A DNA stretch of 64,000 bases from Owenia fusiformis (Eukaryota): positions 19,716,001 to 19,780,000 of the forward strand of contig CAIIXF020000001.1 of NCBI GenBank assembly GCA_903813345.2, given 5' to 3'. This document shows, one piece after another, positions 12,651 through 25,796 of this stretch; within the stretch, counting starts at the first letter, position 1; each line of letters begins with the position of its first letter. Under the pieces are notes generated by a model, which was given only the letters and a program-made list of their open reading frames with translations, made no database searches and had not been told where the DNA came from. Position numbers and translations under genes: made by a program.

Positions 12651-14039
12651 CACAACCAAAACGCAACATTTTTATTAATATTCTTAATTGCCTTCTGAGT
12701 GTTATCCTACAGAAATTGACAATACAAAATGATTGACATATTGTACTTTATAACACATGCTGTATTTATTGCCTTATATTCTTGAGGTCAAAGTAACTGC
12801 AATTGAAGATTTCAGTCTCCGGGGGATGGGGGAGAGGTGAAAATGAACCAGTTGATAAAGTTATCCCATTAGCATTTAATAGCCACAAACGTTACCAAAT
12901 TGTAGAAGTGAGGGTACGTTAAACATAATTTCAAGGATTATTTAGATTGGCCTTATATAACTGGATATGTTGTGTTAAAAGAATAAATATAGCAACATGC
13001 GAAGAATTATAAGAAAAATGTAATAAATATGTTTGTTATTTATTATTTCTCGATTATAACCATTGACTTAAGTGCAGCCTCAGATTTTTCTTCCGAAGAA
13101 TTCAAATGGCTTTTATGCCACTTTAATATGACACTCAATATGAGAAACATTGATACATTAAATGATGAATATTAAATATTCCTGAATGTAGTATGACATC
13201 CAGTATTTCATCATGTTAAATTCTGTTTTTTATGAACCAATCTAAAAACTTAATGTGCAAAACCTGAAGGCAATTCAATAGAACTAGTATATGATAGCTT
13301 TGAAATCTCATTGAAGGCTCTTGAGATTTTAGGAGATTTCACTTTTAACCATCAAATGCTAACATTTTCTTTTATTTGATGACATATATGAATCCATGTG
13401 ACCTCCCCTTAGGGCTACTTGTTGACTACACATATCTCACACAGAGGTGCATTAATTAATGTGCATAGATAAACCACAATAACAGGTTCATCTCATAGTA
13501 TGCCATTGGATTTTTAGATTGATTTAATCAACACTATTTTATAAATCATGATATTAATTGACTTATGCAAGATTTTAACATTGAAGCCGATGGCAGTCTG
13601 GCCCAAACAAAACAAATCACACGTGGTGACATCTATTTTTTTCAATTTTTCAACTTTTCAATTCTTGGCCATTCTTTCAGAGGCATCTTGCAATACAAAA
13701 ATATCATAAGTATCAGAATGACTTTACAATGTCATTTAGGATTTAAGCCCTGGACTCAGTGCATTGTTTGGTGAATCATACCATGAAGGTGTTGTTTCCA
13801 AACCTTTGCATGGCTGCACAGTGGGAATGCAAAATTTAGGAAACAACGCCTGAGTGGAATGAAGCAGCTATGCATTGAGTCATGGGCTTAGATTTTTTTT
13901 CACACATTGCAATGACAAAATTATCCAAAAGGAACAAAATCACTAAATAACACATTTTCAATGAAAAGTCCATTCATCACCATGACAACTGTTAACTAAG
14001 CTTAATGATCTTGCATGTGTTATTGATATTTCACACACT

Positions 14040-14620
14040 ATTATGTGAATACTCTGTTCTGATTGGCTGGAATCGGACACACCTTGGATGATACCCCAAA
14101 TAGTCCAACGAATCATATCAGATTGACAGGTCCCCGATTTCCCCACAATGCACTGCTGAAAATACAGCAGACGAATTCAGAATTGTTTTTTCCCGGTTTT
14201 TCTAAACATTTAGATTCAATTAATCATACTTTTAGTCCACCTGTAACTCTTACTGGGTCACAGTCACAGCAGAGCAAGGTAAATATAAATTTCCTAGATA
14301 AGGTAAAGTGAGTTGCTGTCAAAATTAGGGAATAATCAACTTTTCAATTTGGGCGGTTTTGACAGTTGACCACAGTATTGAAACTCCTTGCAGCGCACAG
14401 ATTCAGGCTAGCTTGACTTTTAGAAGATCCATTCTAGATCAGTATCAGATCTTGATCAGAAAATGTGAACGAATAAAATGCACGATGGGGCTCCCGAAGG
14501 CCTAGCCTAGATCATGAGCCCATGCCTAGATCTAGAGTATCTAGACTATGGCTGCGTTTTTGAATGCCCGCGGCGCAAGTCAACAGACTAGATCCAAGTA
14601 GAAATAATCTTGATATACGT
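14040..14620 (+). promoter_or_regulatory. Candidate promoter, first exon and first-intron region of the 16458 gene
   Basis: Reverse CCAAT box (gATTGGc, 14062-14066), locally raised CpG/GC content, donor-like sites AAG|gtaaat (14279) and AAG|gtaaag (14303), and a CTAG/AGATCT-rich tract at 14430-14600. Confidence 0.35.
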
Positions 14621-14970
14621 CATTGGATATTCAAAATTCAGTCAAAATGATGACATATTTGAAATCTATATATAAAAGTACATATGGAAATGAGATTTAT
14701 GTAAGATTTTATGTAATATTACCGAGTTCGATGGTGCATAAGTTAGGCGGTGGATCATTTTGTAAGTACGACAATGTGAATTAATGCGACTGTTACTTTT
14801 TGGAAGGTTTTTTGCAAAAAGGTCGAGTGACATTTTAGCTGGCGAAAATCTTAAATAACCAAGCAAAAATCGCCACAGACATAGGAATTGAGCTGAAAAA
14901 GCATTAAGTTGACCATTTTGAGATTTCACCTCTATCAATGACCTTCTCAGGGTAAAAAAAGGTATTTTAA

Positions 14971-15543
14971 GGTACAGCTGGAAAGTAACATTTTGGTAAA
15001 AAATTGCTATACCAGCACATGTTCAGGGGTTTCAATAAATATTTTTTCAACGGGCTTCTTGGCAATTTCAACAGGCTGAAACTTATTTCACTTAAAATAA
15101 CTTAGGGTAAGGTAAGTAACAGTGAATTTTATTTCTACATATTTGAACAGGCGTAATTGAGATTTGAACAGGCGTTTTCGCCACCCGTTGTTATTTTCTG
15201 GTACAAAATAAAGTATGAAGACATGTGTCAATTGCCTTGCTTTTTTCAGGAAAGAATCATTACATTGTATTCTTTAAGAATATCTAGTAGGAGTTTAATG
15301 GGAACTCCAGGAAATTCTGATATTTCACAGTTTCTATTTTTCCAAATTTTCTTTCAAAGTTTCCAGACAAAACAGGAGCTACCATTGACCTGTTTCCAGG
15401 TTTACTAAAAGAAGACAGTGTAATGATACTTTCCTGAGAAAAGCAAGGAAATACACACATGCCTTCATACTTAATTTTGTACCAGAAAATAACATGTGCA
15501 GGTATAGCAATTTTTTACCAAAATGTTAATTTCCAGCTGAACC
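14971..15543. mobile_element. TTAA-flanked non-autonomous DNA transposon (Kolobok-like GG..CC ends) with a ~170-bp insert in the left arm
   Basis: TTAA-GGTACAGCTGGAAAGTAACATTTTGGTAAAAAATTGCTATACC...GGTATAGCAATTTTTTACCAAAATGTTAATTTCCAGCTGAACC-TTAA. The inverted repeat resumes after about 15024-15190. Confidence 0.75.
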
Positions 15544-15734
15544 TTAACTTGTTTCAAATTTCACCAATTTTTTTTTTCACAATCATCAACAAGATCTCAG
15601 AAATTCAAATCTGACTTAAAATTGAACTAATAATATTGTGAGCAACTTGGTGGTGATATTTTGTCATGTTAATGCCTTGTATAAATGTGTGACGATCTTT
15701 ACTATACTATTCCATTTCCTACATAAACCGGCAG

Positions 15735-15807
15735 AGGTGTTTACTCAGTGACGATAACCTGTGAACCCTTGAGTATTATTCCGGGATCAAGCCTTTTATA
15801 CTAAATG
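15735..15807 (+). other. Candidate upstream exon of the 16458 gene, ending in ATG
   Basis: ...ggcag|AGGTG...CTAAATG|gtgagc. A phase-0 join to cag|ATGTCA at 16458 keeps the frame (MMSYV...). The acceptor of this exon is weak. Confidence 0.45.
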
Positions 15808-16457
15808 GTGAGCAACACCAAAAATGAGGATTCGATTTGCTAAACCTACCCTTTAAAATGCTTTTTATTTGAAGCTTCTTGCTCAATTTTGAAGGAACTT
15901 AAAAATGTTTTTTTGGCTTGCTTATGCCTCAATCTTTATTTCTCCCCACACTAGTGCTTTTTTATTAATAGTTCATAGTACAATTGACCAATTGTAGTAG
16001 TAATGAAAGTGTGAATGAATAAAAAGATAAATTGTGCAGTGCATGTTGTAATCACCCTTTGGGAGCCTTATCATGCATTTTGAGCACCTTGGTTCAAATT
16101 TTATCGCATATATCCAAATTATGGAGACGATTTTTCAGCGTTCGTTTTTCAACTTTTGTTTGATGTTCTTCTGAAATATTTCTTGACAATAATTAATAAA
16201 ATGTGTATTTGTGAGACAAATTCCATTATTCCGTCACACAAAATCAGGAGTGATTTCAATTTCTTCATCAAATGTGTGGCAAATACGCATTTCGGGATCG
16301 TTGGATGGCTTCTACAATGCCGTAATGAAATGCCTGATGAAATGTTGCTTCATCTTTATGAATGTATATGTATATATATATTAATAACCCTCATTCTACT
16401 TGATTTATAATGTATACTAGTTGTTGCTAAATATAACTTCTAATGTTCTTATTTCAG

Positions 16458-17972
16458 ATGTCATATGTGAGTACAGGTACCTCGTCACCTATTGCTGCCC
16501 CACCAATGGCACCAGGGTCAATGATGCAGATGATGATGTCGCCATCAGCCAATGTAGTGTCACATAATGATTCTCAGTATGGAAATAATGATATTAATGA
16601 CTATGCACAAACTTCAGCATATAACAACATGAATAATGAAATGATAACCTCACAACAATCAATGTTCCCTATCCCCACACCCTCTCAAGAAGCATTAAGG
16701 GCAACTGCATATCGTGGTATGGTGCCCTGTGCCCCAAGAATGTATCCATACCGTATGCCACAAATGGCTTATAACATGCCGCCTTACCCTACAGCGATGG
16801 CAGTGCCTTACCCAGTCCAGATGAAGAGGGCTGGCTCAGTCTATCAACCTCCTCCCCAGGGTAGTCCAGATCTAACTCCGTTAGGACCAGGGTTTAGTCC
16901 AAACAGGCACACTGTGAGCGATGGAACTAATAATACACAGCCGTCAGAGCAAAATGATACACCAAAAGCCAGTAATACTGGTACAAGTGTCCCTGAAAGT
17001 GATAATGTCAAACAAGACAACGAAACAAGTGCTAAAATTCAAGAATCAAATGTTGAAGCTATAGGAGAGGATGAGATCTCTAATTTACCAGAGGAGAACA
17101 CTTGCACCATTGAGCGCTCTCTCAAGGAAGTTATATGCCTCTATATTGAACATCTTGTTGAAGAAAATGAGGCTAAAACAGGGATTTCACAAGCTCTTAC
17201 TCCTCCCACACCCCTCAATTTTGAGTTAGAGGCTTACTTCCAAGAGGCTGAAAGGAAAGATATCCCCTTTCCCACAGACAAGTTCCGCAACTGGCTTGAG
17301 TGTAACAACATGCGTTTGGAAGTAGATGTTGTGGCGAATAAGTTGACAAATAACTCAGGAAAGATGCCTGATATTGGACATGCCTCTTCTAGTCAATCTC
17401 CAATGAAAAGTCAAGAGCATGTTGAAAACAGTCACGATTTGTTGGATGAGTATCGCAAAGCATACTATGATAGCATCAATAGAAAATCCACAAAGGGAAA
17501 TAATCTTAGTGTCAGTGATGCAACTATTTCCCAGGATTCACAATCTGAAATTGAGCATTGTGAACCAGCTCAAGAAATGAATGATAAGCCAAGTGATACT
17601 ATTGAGAAAAGCAAGGTTTCTGAATCTGATGAGCAAACCCAGGCTGATGAGCCAGCCCAACCTGAATCTGTTTCCGAATGTATCAATACAAATGGGACAC
17701 AGGAGGATATTGCTACTGATGAGAATAACAATACTGTTGAAGTTGGACCAGGCAATGATTCCATTGATTCCAATGCAGAAAACTCTGGAAAGGGTCAAGA
17801 TATTACCATTTCCAATGATGTTAAGAAAGAAGCACCAGATACACCCATCCCAATTGATATCAAAGAGGAAATTGATACAAGTAGTTCTAAAAGAGGAACA
17901 TCCAAGAGAAAATCAAATGACAGTGACACTGGAGTGAGACTTACACGATCTAAGAAACCTAAAATCATATAA
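16458..17972 (+). CDS. Uncharacterised ~504-aa low-complexity protein, probably nuclear (one large coding exon)
   Basis: 1.5-kb ORF in AT-rich DNA, with ATG directly after the acceptor ttcttatttcag. Met/Pro/Gln/Tyr-rich N-terminus, a ~85-aa hydrophobic core (TIERSLKEVICLYIEHLVE...KFRNWLECNNMRLEVDVVA), an acidic Ser/Asn-rich tail and a basic C-terminus (SKRKS...RLTRSKKPKII). AATAAA at 18072-18077. Confidence 0.85.
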   Translation: MSYVSTGTSSPIAAPPMAPGSMMQMMMSPSANVVSHNDSQYGNNDINDYAQTSAYNNMNNEMITSQQSMFPIPTPSQEALRATAYRGMVPCAPRMYPYRMPQMAYNMPPYPTAMAVPYPVQMKRAGSVYQPPPQGSPDLTPLGPGFSPNRHTVSDGTNNTQPSEQNDTPKASNTGTSVPESDNVKQDNETSAKIQESNVEAIGEDEISNLPEENTCTIERSLKEVICLYIEHLVEENEAKTGISQALTPPTPLNFELEAYFQEAERKDIPFPTDKFRNWLECNNMRLEVDVVANKLTNNSGKMPDIGHASSSQSPMKSQEHVENSHDLLDEYRKAYYDSINRKSTKGNNLSVSDATISQDSQSEIEHCEPAQEMNDKPSDTIEKSKVSESDEQTQADEPAQPESVSECINTNGTQEDIATDENNNTVEVGPGNDSIDSNAENSGKGQDITISNDVKKEAPDTPIPIDIKEEIDTSSSKRGTSKRKSNDSDTGVRLTRSKKPKII

Positions 17973-18385
17973 ATACACAAACTGCAAATACAGGATATAT
18001 CTGTCAATACATTCTCATTTGCATGCTGAGGTTGAAATGTGACAAAAGCAACACATTGATTTAAAGACTGTAATAAACCAAAAATCAAAATTGTCAATTG
18101 CAATTAACAAACATAAACTTTTTCCTGAGAATCTTTTCAAAATTTGGTGTCAATTTAATTTGATGAATATTGACCATAACTACAAATTAAAACTAGTACA
18201 CCAAATTAATACATTCATTTCTAAATAGGATTCAATTAAATGCATGTTGTGAAATTCATTTGCAAGTAAGTGGCATCTTTTGCACTTTTTTATTAATTTA
18301 ATAGTTAGGCCACTAGTATATTTTTACTGATGGTATTATATGTACCAGAAAATATGTTTAATTCAGTGTCGCATCTCATGAATAC

Positions 18386-21300
18386 TAGACAGGTTCCAAT
18401 TTCAGAATATCTCAAGGGAAAGGGTTTTTGAGGCATTTTTTAGAAAAAGCAACAGACCTATTTTTTCTGGATCAGTTTTTCATGCTGATAAAGATATTAA
18501 AAGATGACAGCTCAACGGGGTGGTCACGACACTGAATTTTAGCGTTTTTACCCCCTGTGAAATTATTTTAGGGGGTACTATAATATTAGTTCATAACTCA
18601 AAGGATATATAAACTATTGTTCTGAGTTCTACAGCATACATTGTTAGTACAGAGATGAATACTACCCTAAAGTTATAGGTTGATATCTTTGTTGGTTTCG
18701 GAAAAATACAATTAATTAGAAAAATATATGCAATTTTTGTCATTTTTTCCTTGCTTATTTTATATTTGTAGCTTCAAGCAAAATATGATAACTTAAACAG
18801 CTTAAAGTAGTATTCTAACAACATTCCCAAGCTATGTGTGATATTGTAATACATCTATTATAGTGATGAAGTACTATTTTGTAATTTTAATATGACTTTA
18901 TAGTGCCCTACCCCTGGTAAATAGAAGAAAGTTGGTGTGGTTTTCTTCTGGTTTTAACATTTTATTGTCTTCTTAGTTGAAGATACAATCAATTCTGTCA
19001 GTTAACCATGAGTAGCTTTACAATGGTTAACTGTTCCCATGAATAGAGGGTTGGGACCTCAAAAATACCAGAACTGTTAAGTGGCATCCTTGGGCAACCC
19101 TCTTCAGAGCATTTCCCTTATATAATCCGATAAAATCTGCAGGGGACACTATAAAAAACTTATATATCTAAGATACTAATGAAGATACTGAATTTTAAAT
19201 TTTCAGGATTTGGTCCTGGTATGATAGGTAATCCGTATGACAAAAATGACAAAAAGAAGAAACTCTGTTGCCATAGTAACAAGAATATGACACTATTTGT
19301 TCCTAAGAAATGTGTTTTAAGGGGTTTTGTCTTTCTCTTCACATTTTTAATTCTAAATATGTCCACAATGTGGGATGATTAAAATTATAGTAAAGTAATA
19401 TTTTCTATTGTTCTCTAAAATAGAAGTTGCTATGGCGACACATAGATCATAGAAAAAATCCTGGGATGATCACCCTATTTGTCAGGAAATTAAAATGGAA
19501 ACTGAAAAATGAGTTTCTTCCTACTGAATAGCAATTTGGTAGACCAAGGCTGACACGCACAGGAGAAAACATCTATCAGTTCTATGTCATTTTGTTGTTA
19601 TTTTTTTTATATTTCACTAGCAATCAACCCATCAATATATTTTTCAAAGTTGTTGACCTCATTTTCACCAAAAATGCTATCATTTTATTAATGTTTAATG
19701 CATTACTATTCTTTATTTTAATGTATCAAATAGCTCTTGAAAAGAAAACTGAATTCCCCTAAGATTAGTGTTCCCATGTTATTTCCCCTTTGATAAAATT
19801 CATGCTATCCATTGGTTTCAGTTCATTTTGGTCATCCAAATTCAGTGTCTTTAAAGTCCCTGGAGCAATCCACTTTTCCTCTTAGGAAATAGAACATGTC
19901 TCAAAGCATATTCTAATTATGCATTCAACAATATAATTAAAGGTTGCATCTTTGGTAAAAATTAGGTCAACATTTTTAGTAAAAAGTATGTTGATTGGGC
20001 CATTCCCTTTAATATCACTTAGGTCTGATTAATCATTATATTTACTTTTCTTGAAGATAATGAATAGATCTAAAAGATATACCCATGTTCATGGTCAGAA
20101 AATATTCATAATTCAAGTTAGAATTGTCTGAAGTTGTTTGCGATAACCTACATGCTCCTTTATAACATTATAATGTAAATACAGTAGAACCTGTGTAAGT
20201 GGAACACTCTCCATTCTTTCTGCCTCAAAGCATTCCACTTAGAAGGTGTTCCACTTACGGAGGTTTTGGGTTCACAGGGAACATACAAGATCAAATATAA
20301 AATTTATATGTATCATTGGAATATGATTCTTCCTTCATTACAGGGCAGGTATATACCATTAATAATCCATTTATTTTACTCAAAAAGGTATCGGACATTC
20401 TTAATCCTCCTAATTGTGCCAGTCTCAGGTACAAGGATTAGGCAATTAAGTTTTAAAGACTTGTTCCTACTGCTAATAATTCAATTGTTTTTAAATGACA
20501 TTTTTAATCTTACTTATTAAGTTTGAAACAAACAGCAAGGGATATTAATTAGTGGTAGCACCACGTGTCCAGTTCTACAGGAGGTTAATCCGATTTTCTG
20601 AATGAAAATCTTATGAAATTTGCTGATTATCAAATTAATTATTGGTTGCATCACATGTTGACCTCTACAGGAGGTTAATCCATTAAAATCCTAATTTGCC
20701 AATTATCACAGTATTACCTGTTTTCATACCCAGATATCATTGAAGGAGATTAATTCTGTTTACATATATCAATATTGAAATCTATGGAAATTGACTGTTC
20801 CACTCAGCAGGTTAATTTTTCAATATGGGGCGTTCACTGTTCAAGTTTGGAGGTGTTCCACTTACAGAGGTTCAATTAACATTAAGTCAATGGGTTTTCA
20901 AAACGGGACTTTGAAAAGGCGTTCCACTTGGGAGGTGTTCCACTTACGGAAGTGTTCCACTTAGCAGATTCTACTGTACATTACTTGTGCATGATGACCA
21001 CCATAGTCTAGTTGCTCAAATGAGACCAATTGATGATTATAATGTTTAGACTTTATGTCAATGTCCAGACTGTATGCCAACCTCTCTAGTATGTGATTAC
21101 ACTAGATTTCATTATGATACATGTCCTTAATTGAAAACTTACATATAAAATATCTTAAGTCCTATATTCTATTAATAAATGAATTAGAATGTCACCTAAC
21201 ATTTGATGATGGTATGAATTTATTGATTTGGTGTCTATGAATACATGTTTCTAACTTAATGCTGCAAAATGATAAAATTCACCACATCCACTTTCTTCAA

Positions 21301-21817
21301 TTTTCCAGGGGTAGGGCACTATAAAGTCATATTAAAATTACAAAATAGTACTTCTTAACTAAAATAGATGTATTACAATACCACACATAGCTTGGAAATG
21401 TTTTTAGAATACTACTATGAGCTGTTAAAGCTCTCATATTGTGCTTGAAGCTACAAATATAAAATTGGCAAGACAAAACTTGCGTATCTTTTTCCTGTTT
21501 TTTGTATTTTTCTGAGACCAATTAGGGTATTAACCCATAACTTTAGGATAGTATTCATATTTGTACTAGCAATTTATGGTGTACAACTCAGAACAATAGC
21601 TCATATATCCTTTGAGTTATGAACTAGTTTCATAGTACCCCCTAGAATATTTCCTAGGGGGGTAAAAATGCCAAAATTTTGTGTCGTGACCACCCCGTTG
21701 AGCTGTCATCTTTTAATATCTTTATCAGCATGAAAAACTGATCTAGTAAAAATAGGTCTGTTGCTTTTTCTAAAAAATGCCTCAAAAACTTGAATTATTT
21801 GAATTGGAACCTGTCTA
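18386..21817. mobile_element. 3.4-kb non-autonomous DNA transposon with ~320-bp TIRs (Academ-like TAG..CTA ends, 3-bp TSD)
   Basis: TAGACAGGTTCCAATT.../...AATTGGAACCTGTCTA. The inverted repeats extend over about 18386-18710 and 21500-21817, with TAC on both flanks. No transposase ORF. Confidence 0.8.
20182..20976. mobile_element. TA-flanked MITE nested in the 3.4-kb element
   Basis: TA-CAGTAGAACCTGTGTAAGTGGAACAC...GTGTTCCACTTAGCAGATTCTACTG-TA. Confidence 0.75.
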
Positions 21818-23734
21818 TACTGGAATATGTATGTTTTTTTCTTCATTTTATCCAAGGATAATTTAATGATTGTGTTGAGCAGATTGATGAAAATTCAAGG
21901 CCAGGTGTGATGACAGTCAACATTTGATGGAGATTGTCAGAAAGGATTTTTAGATTTTAAGATTGTATATAGCTCATGTAGCAAGACGTTACAGTTCTAA
22001 TCTATATTGGCACATACTGTAATTGTAAAAAGTATTTTTAAATCAAACACAAAACACTTGTAGATATAAATTATTACATAAAAGTAACAATTTTATTCAA
22101 AGTTATTTTATTATGCTGAATGACATTGACATTCAGATCAATTATATGAAACATAAATACTACACATAATTCATGTACAAAACATATTAATTGTAAATAT
22201 TTCTAACCTAATATATCCTCCATTTTGAACACCATTCATAGGTTTGTGTGAGACCCCCCTGACTTGGAGAGGGTCGGGACTTTGATACAAGTTTTGTCCC
22301 AGGGGGTATTTTTGGGAGTAGGGACTTTTGAAATGAATATTCCTGGTAATCAAATGACTGAATTGATTTGACCAGCTATTATTGCTCCAAGAGGAGGGAA
22401 TCGATTCCCTAAGTTGCTCCCAGGGTCGGGAATTTGACAGCCAATTTTTCATCATTTCCATCCCTTCTCGCTCGCAGAGTCTCACACTAACCTTTTAATG
22501 GTGCATTGATGTTGCATGAATATGTACTTTGCATGTTCTTTTTTTAATTATATGAGAATACATCTTTGTTAATGTACTCGGATTGATTTTAATTGGATCA
22601 TTATAAACATTACATGTAAAATCCATGTACATTTTTTGAGCAACAGTAATGTCTGGTATTAATGTTATATAGTGTAGGTCTACTAATAATTTTATACCTG
22701 TATTTTATTGTAAGTTGAATCTAACTTTTATTTATTTTTATGGTAAGATTTATTTAAAAAGTGAAAAGGCAGTTGATTTTAAGTATTTTTTCTAATCCCT
22801 GACAGTTTGAATGACTTGATCAGAATGACAAATTGTGAAAAAAGAGATTTCATGCAGTCTTCATGTCTTGAGGTAGTTTTATACTATTTCATTAAATTGG
22901 CATTTTCATTATATGATCCAAAAAACTAAAAATTCTAATACATAAAAGCCCTATAAGGGGAATAAAATACTTGTAGCTTAAAATATGGAAATTGCGATTT
23001 TAACGATGTAGGCTTGTTATGCTAACTATTGGTCCAAATTGAGGGATTTAATAATTTTGTATGTTATTCATTTTCTTTATTCATTACAATTTTACTTGTA
23101 ATTCTTCAGTGTGATCTATATATTCATGTAAGTCATGTATTCAACAAGTAAACTATGAGTATGACTAAGATATAGTCATGTACAATAAATTGTTCTAAAA
23201 TAAAAAATATAAATGAAGGTTTAACTTTATGTCTTTGACTATATGCATTATGTATATGTAGGGGTCCCACGATACATATCTCATTTAGATAATAATACGA
23301 TACATAATAATCTCAGGTAGCAGCCCCATCATTGGAGCCTATAAAGAACAATCACACGACGATGACATATACATCAATGTGATTTGAAATAAGCAGTCTA
23401 ACAGTAGGTGAAAATGATCACAAAAATCTAATGGATGATTTCAATACAATGTGGTCAAGTTAAAAACATCATTCAAATTTTTCAATATATGGTGATGCAT
23501 TATGCTGTAATCTTATCGCCACTAAATAAGCCAATTAAAGATATTTGATGCATCGTGGGGGGCCCCCTTCTTCCTGTAGACGATGTACTTTGTACACATT
23601 GGCACAATATGTTAGTCCTAGTATGATTAATAATTTTATAATGGAATATATATTGAGAAGATAGCCTATGTTACAAATAAAATCTTTGAATAAAGTCATG
23701 TCTGACCAGCAGAGATGACATTTGATTTATAGTA

Positions 23735-24946
23735 CAGTGGAGACGATAACCCCATTTAACGTGTAACACGGAGATTGCCATTTTGCACGTCAATTGACGT
23801 GAATCACGCCAATAAGCATAATGTCCATTGTAATTCATAATTTAAACACCAGGTTAATTAGAAGACCTAGTGTTTAATATATATACAATCTAAGTAATAT
23901 ATATTTTATAGTACATATACTTTGGTAAACATTAATGATATATTAAATCCCAGGGAAGTATTTCATTCCAAAATTGTGGAGAAAAATGCCGTTCAATCTT
24001 GTGAATTTTCTGTCAATGTTACGAACCAATGAAGTCACCACCGAACTTGCATTCTTGGAAAGTCTAAATCGATCGATGGAACGCTTTTTATTGCATTTTC
24101 TTCAAGTAATTAATCTAATCTAGCACTTGTATGCAGGAATTCGCGATCCTATGTGGGAATTTCGCGCTAGAACTAATCAAAGTTACCTCTCACGAATCCT
24201 AGAAAAACGCCATATTGGAATTACTAATACTCCTTCAATTGTCTAGATATCGTCTTTCCGACGGGTTTTATGACAAAATTGGTACTGACCCAATGTTATT
24301 TTAATCTCTTAACACAACGTGAGCCCCAATTCCGAGAAAAGACCACTGGAAATCACTAAAATGGGGTCTACTTTCCCTCTTCTTTTTGACCGGAAGTGTT
24401 TTCCTGACCTCGGTGTGCTGCCGATTTTTTCGTTTTTTTCTGGCTGGATTTAGTTTTAAACCTTCTTTACAATGATCTAATGATTACCTTAAATGAATTT
24501 TGAACAATTTAAATTCCTATCCTTATTAGATCAGAATGTATTAGTTTTCTTTCGATCATTTGTTTACTTCCGGTTTGCTGTTGAATAAATATTTCGAGTA
24601 AACATTGACGTAAGCACATGATAATAGTTGTTAGTTCAAAATGCAACCCGGACAATAGCAAATGTTTATGATTATAACTATTACATACGATGCAGATCAT
24701 GATTTACCCACTAGTTTCCCAGTTTATAACTGCCTGTTGTCCTGCCGATAATATGTGAAACTTTTACAAGATAATAGTTTGCACGTCAATTGCCGTGCAA
24801 AATATTGCACGTCACTTGACGGACATGACGGCAATTGCCGTTATTATCTATTGACATGCGCACTTATGCGTCATAATTTCACGTCAATTGTCGTGCAACA
24901 TGGCAATTGCCGTACTTCACGTTAAATGGGGTTATCGTCTCCACTG
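23735..24946. mobile_element. 1.2-kb non-autonomous TA-flanked DNA transposon (Tc1/mariner-like)
   Basis: Perfect 29-bp TIR CAGTGGAGACGATAACCCCATTTAACGTG (imperfect to ~55 bp), TA TSD, CpG-retaining interior and subterminal GCACGTCAATTG repeats. Confidence 0.85.
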
Positions 24947-25796
24947 TAGTAGCACCATTTGGGATTCAATAAAAATAAATATTTGAGACAATTTATATAA
25001 CTACATGTAATGATAATACCTAGAGAGTAAAGTCCCATTACATATGTACAATGTACAGACTAAGGTCAAAACTAAGGTCGTTCAATCTAAATTATCAAAA
25101 CGAACTCTTAAATAAGAATACTAATGCACAACCACTGTACCCGGACTTCTCATTCGGGGCTTGAGCTGAGAGCCAGTCCACTGGTAATTGCCAGGTTGTT
25201 TTTGAAATGGACCAGCTGAATTATTAAGTTGGAAAATAATATGACAACTAGTTCGTAATGCCATTTTGACCAGCTGCACTTATAACTTTAGCTCGACCCG
25301 TTTGCATTATGAAAACATGAAGTCAAACATTGGGGCTAATTAGAAAAAACTTGCCATTAAAATAGGGCACCATTCATTCTTAAAGTACTAATAATCCCAA
25401 ACTCCAGGAAGTATTAATGGAATATAATATGAAATTCAGAGTCTCATCATTTACATGTATAACCTATTCTCTGAACTGCATACTTGCAGACATTAATACT
25501 GTATGGAAAAACAGCAAGAAATCTGAGACCTATTTTCTATTTTTCAACTCTTAACCATACGAATATATTGTGTTGGCATTTAGTACATTCTTCTTTCAAA
25601 TATTGCTCCTGTGTATTTTCAACTCTTCATTTTCGAAGTTCTCTATCACAATATAATATAATAGAGTTCACATCAATGCTTGTTCCATTATCATATTATT
25701 CCAATTTCCAACATTTTTTGGGATCTAAGTCACAAGTCAGAAAGAAACACCTGATCAAAACTCTCTCTTGATCCAATGAAAACAGTTGTGCCATTC

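Noticed and set aside
17538-18103. Antisense and alternative-frame ORFs over the 504-aa CDS (and similar ones over GLUT and Sfi1-like exons)
   Set aside because: Shadow ORFs of real coding sequence.
19268-19439. X-box-like sites GTTGCCATAGTAAC and GTTGCTATGGCGAC
   Set aside because: Inside a transposon and far from any inferred TSS.
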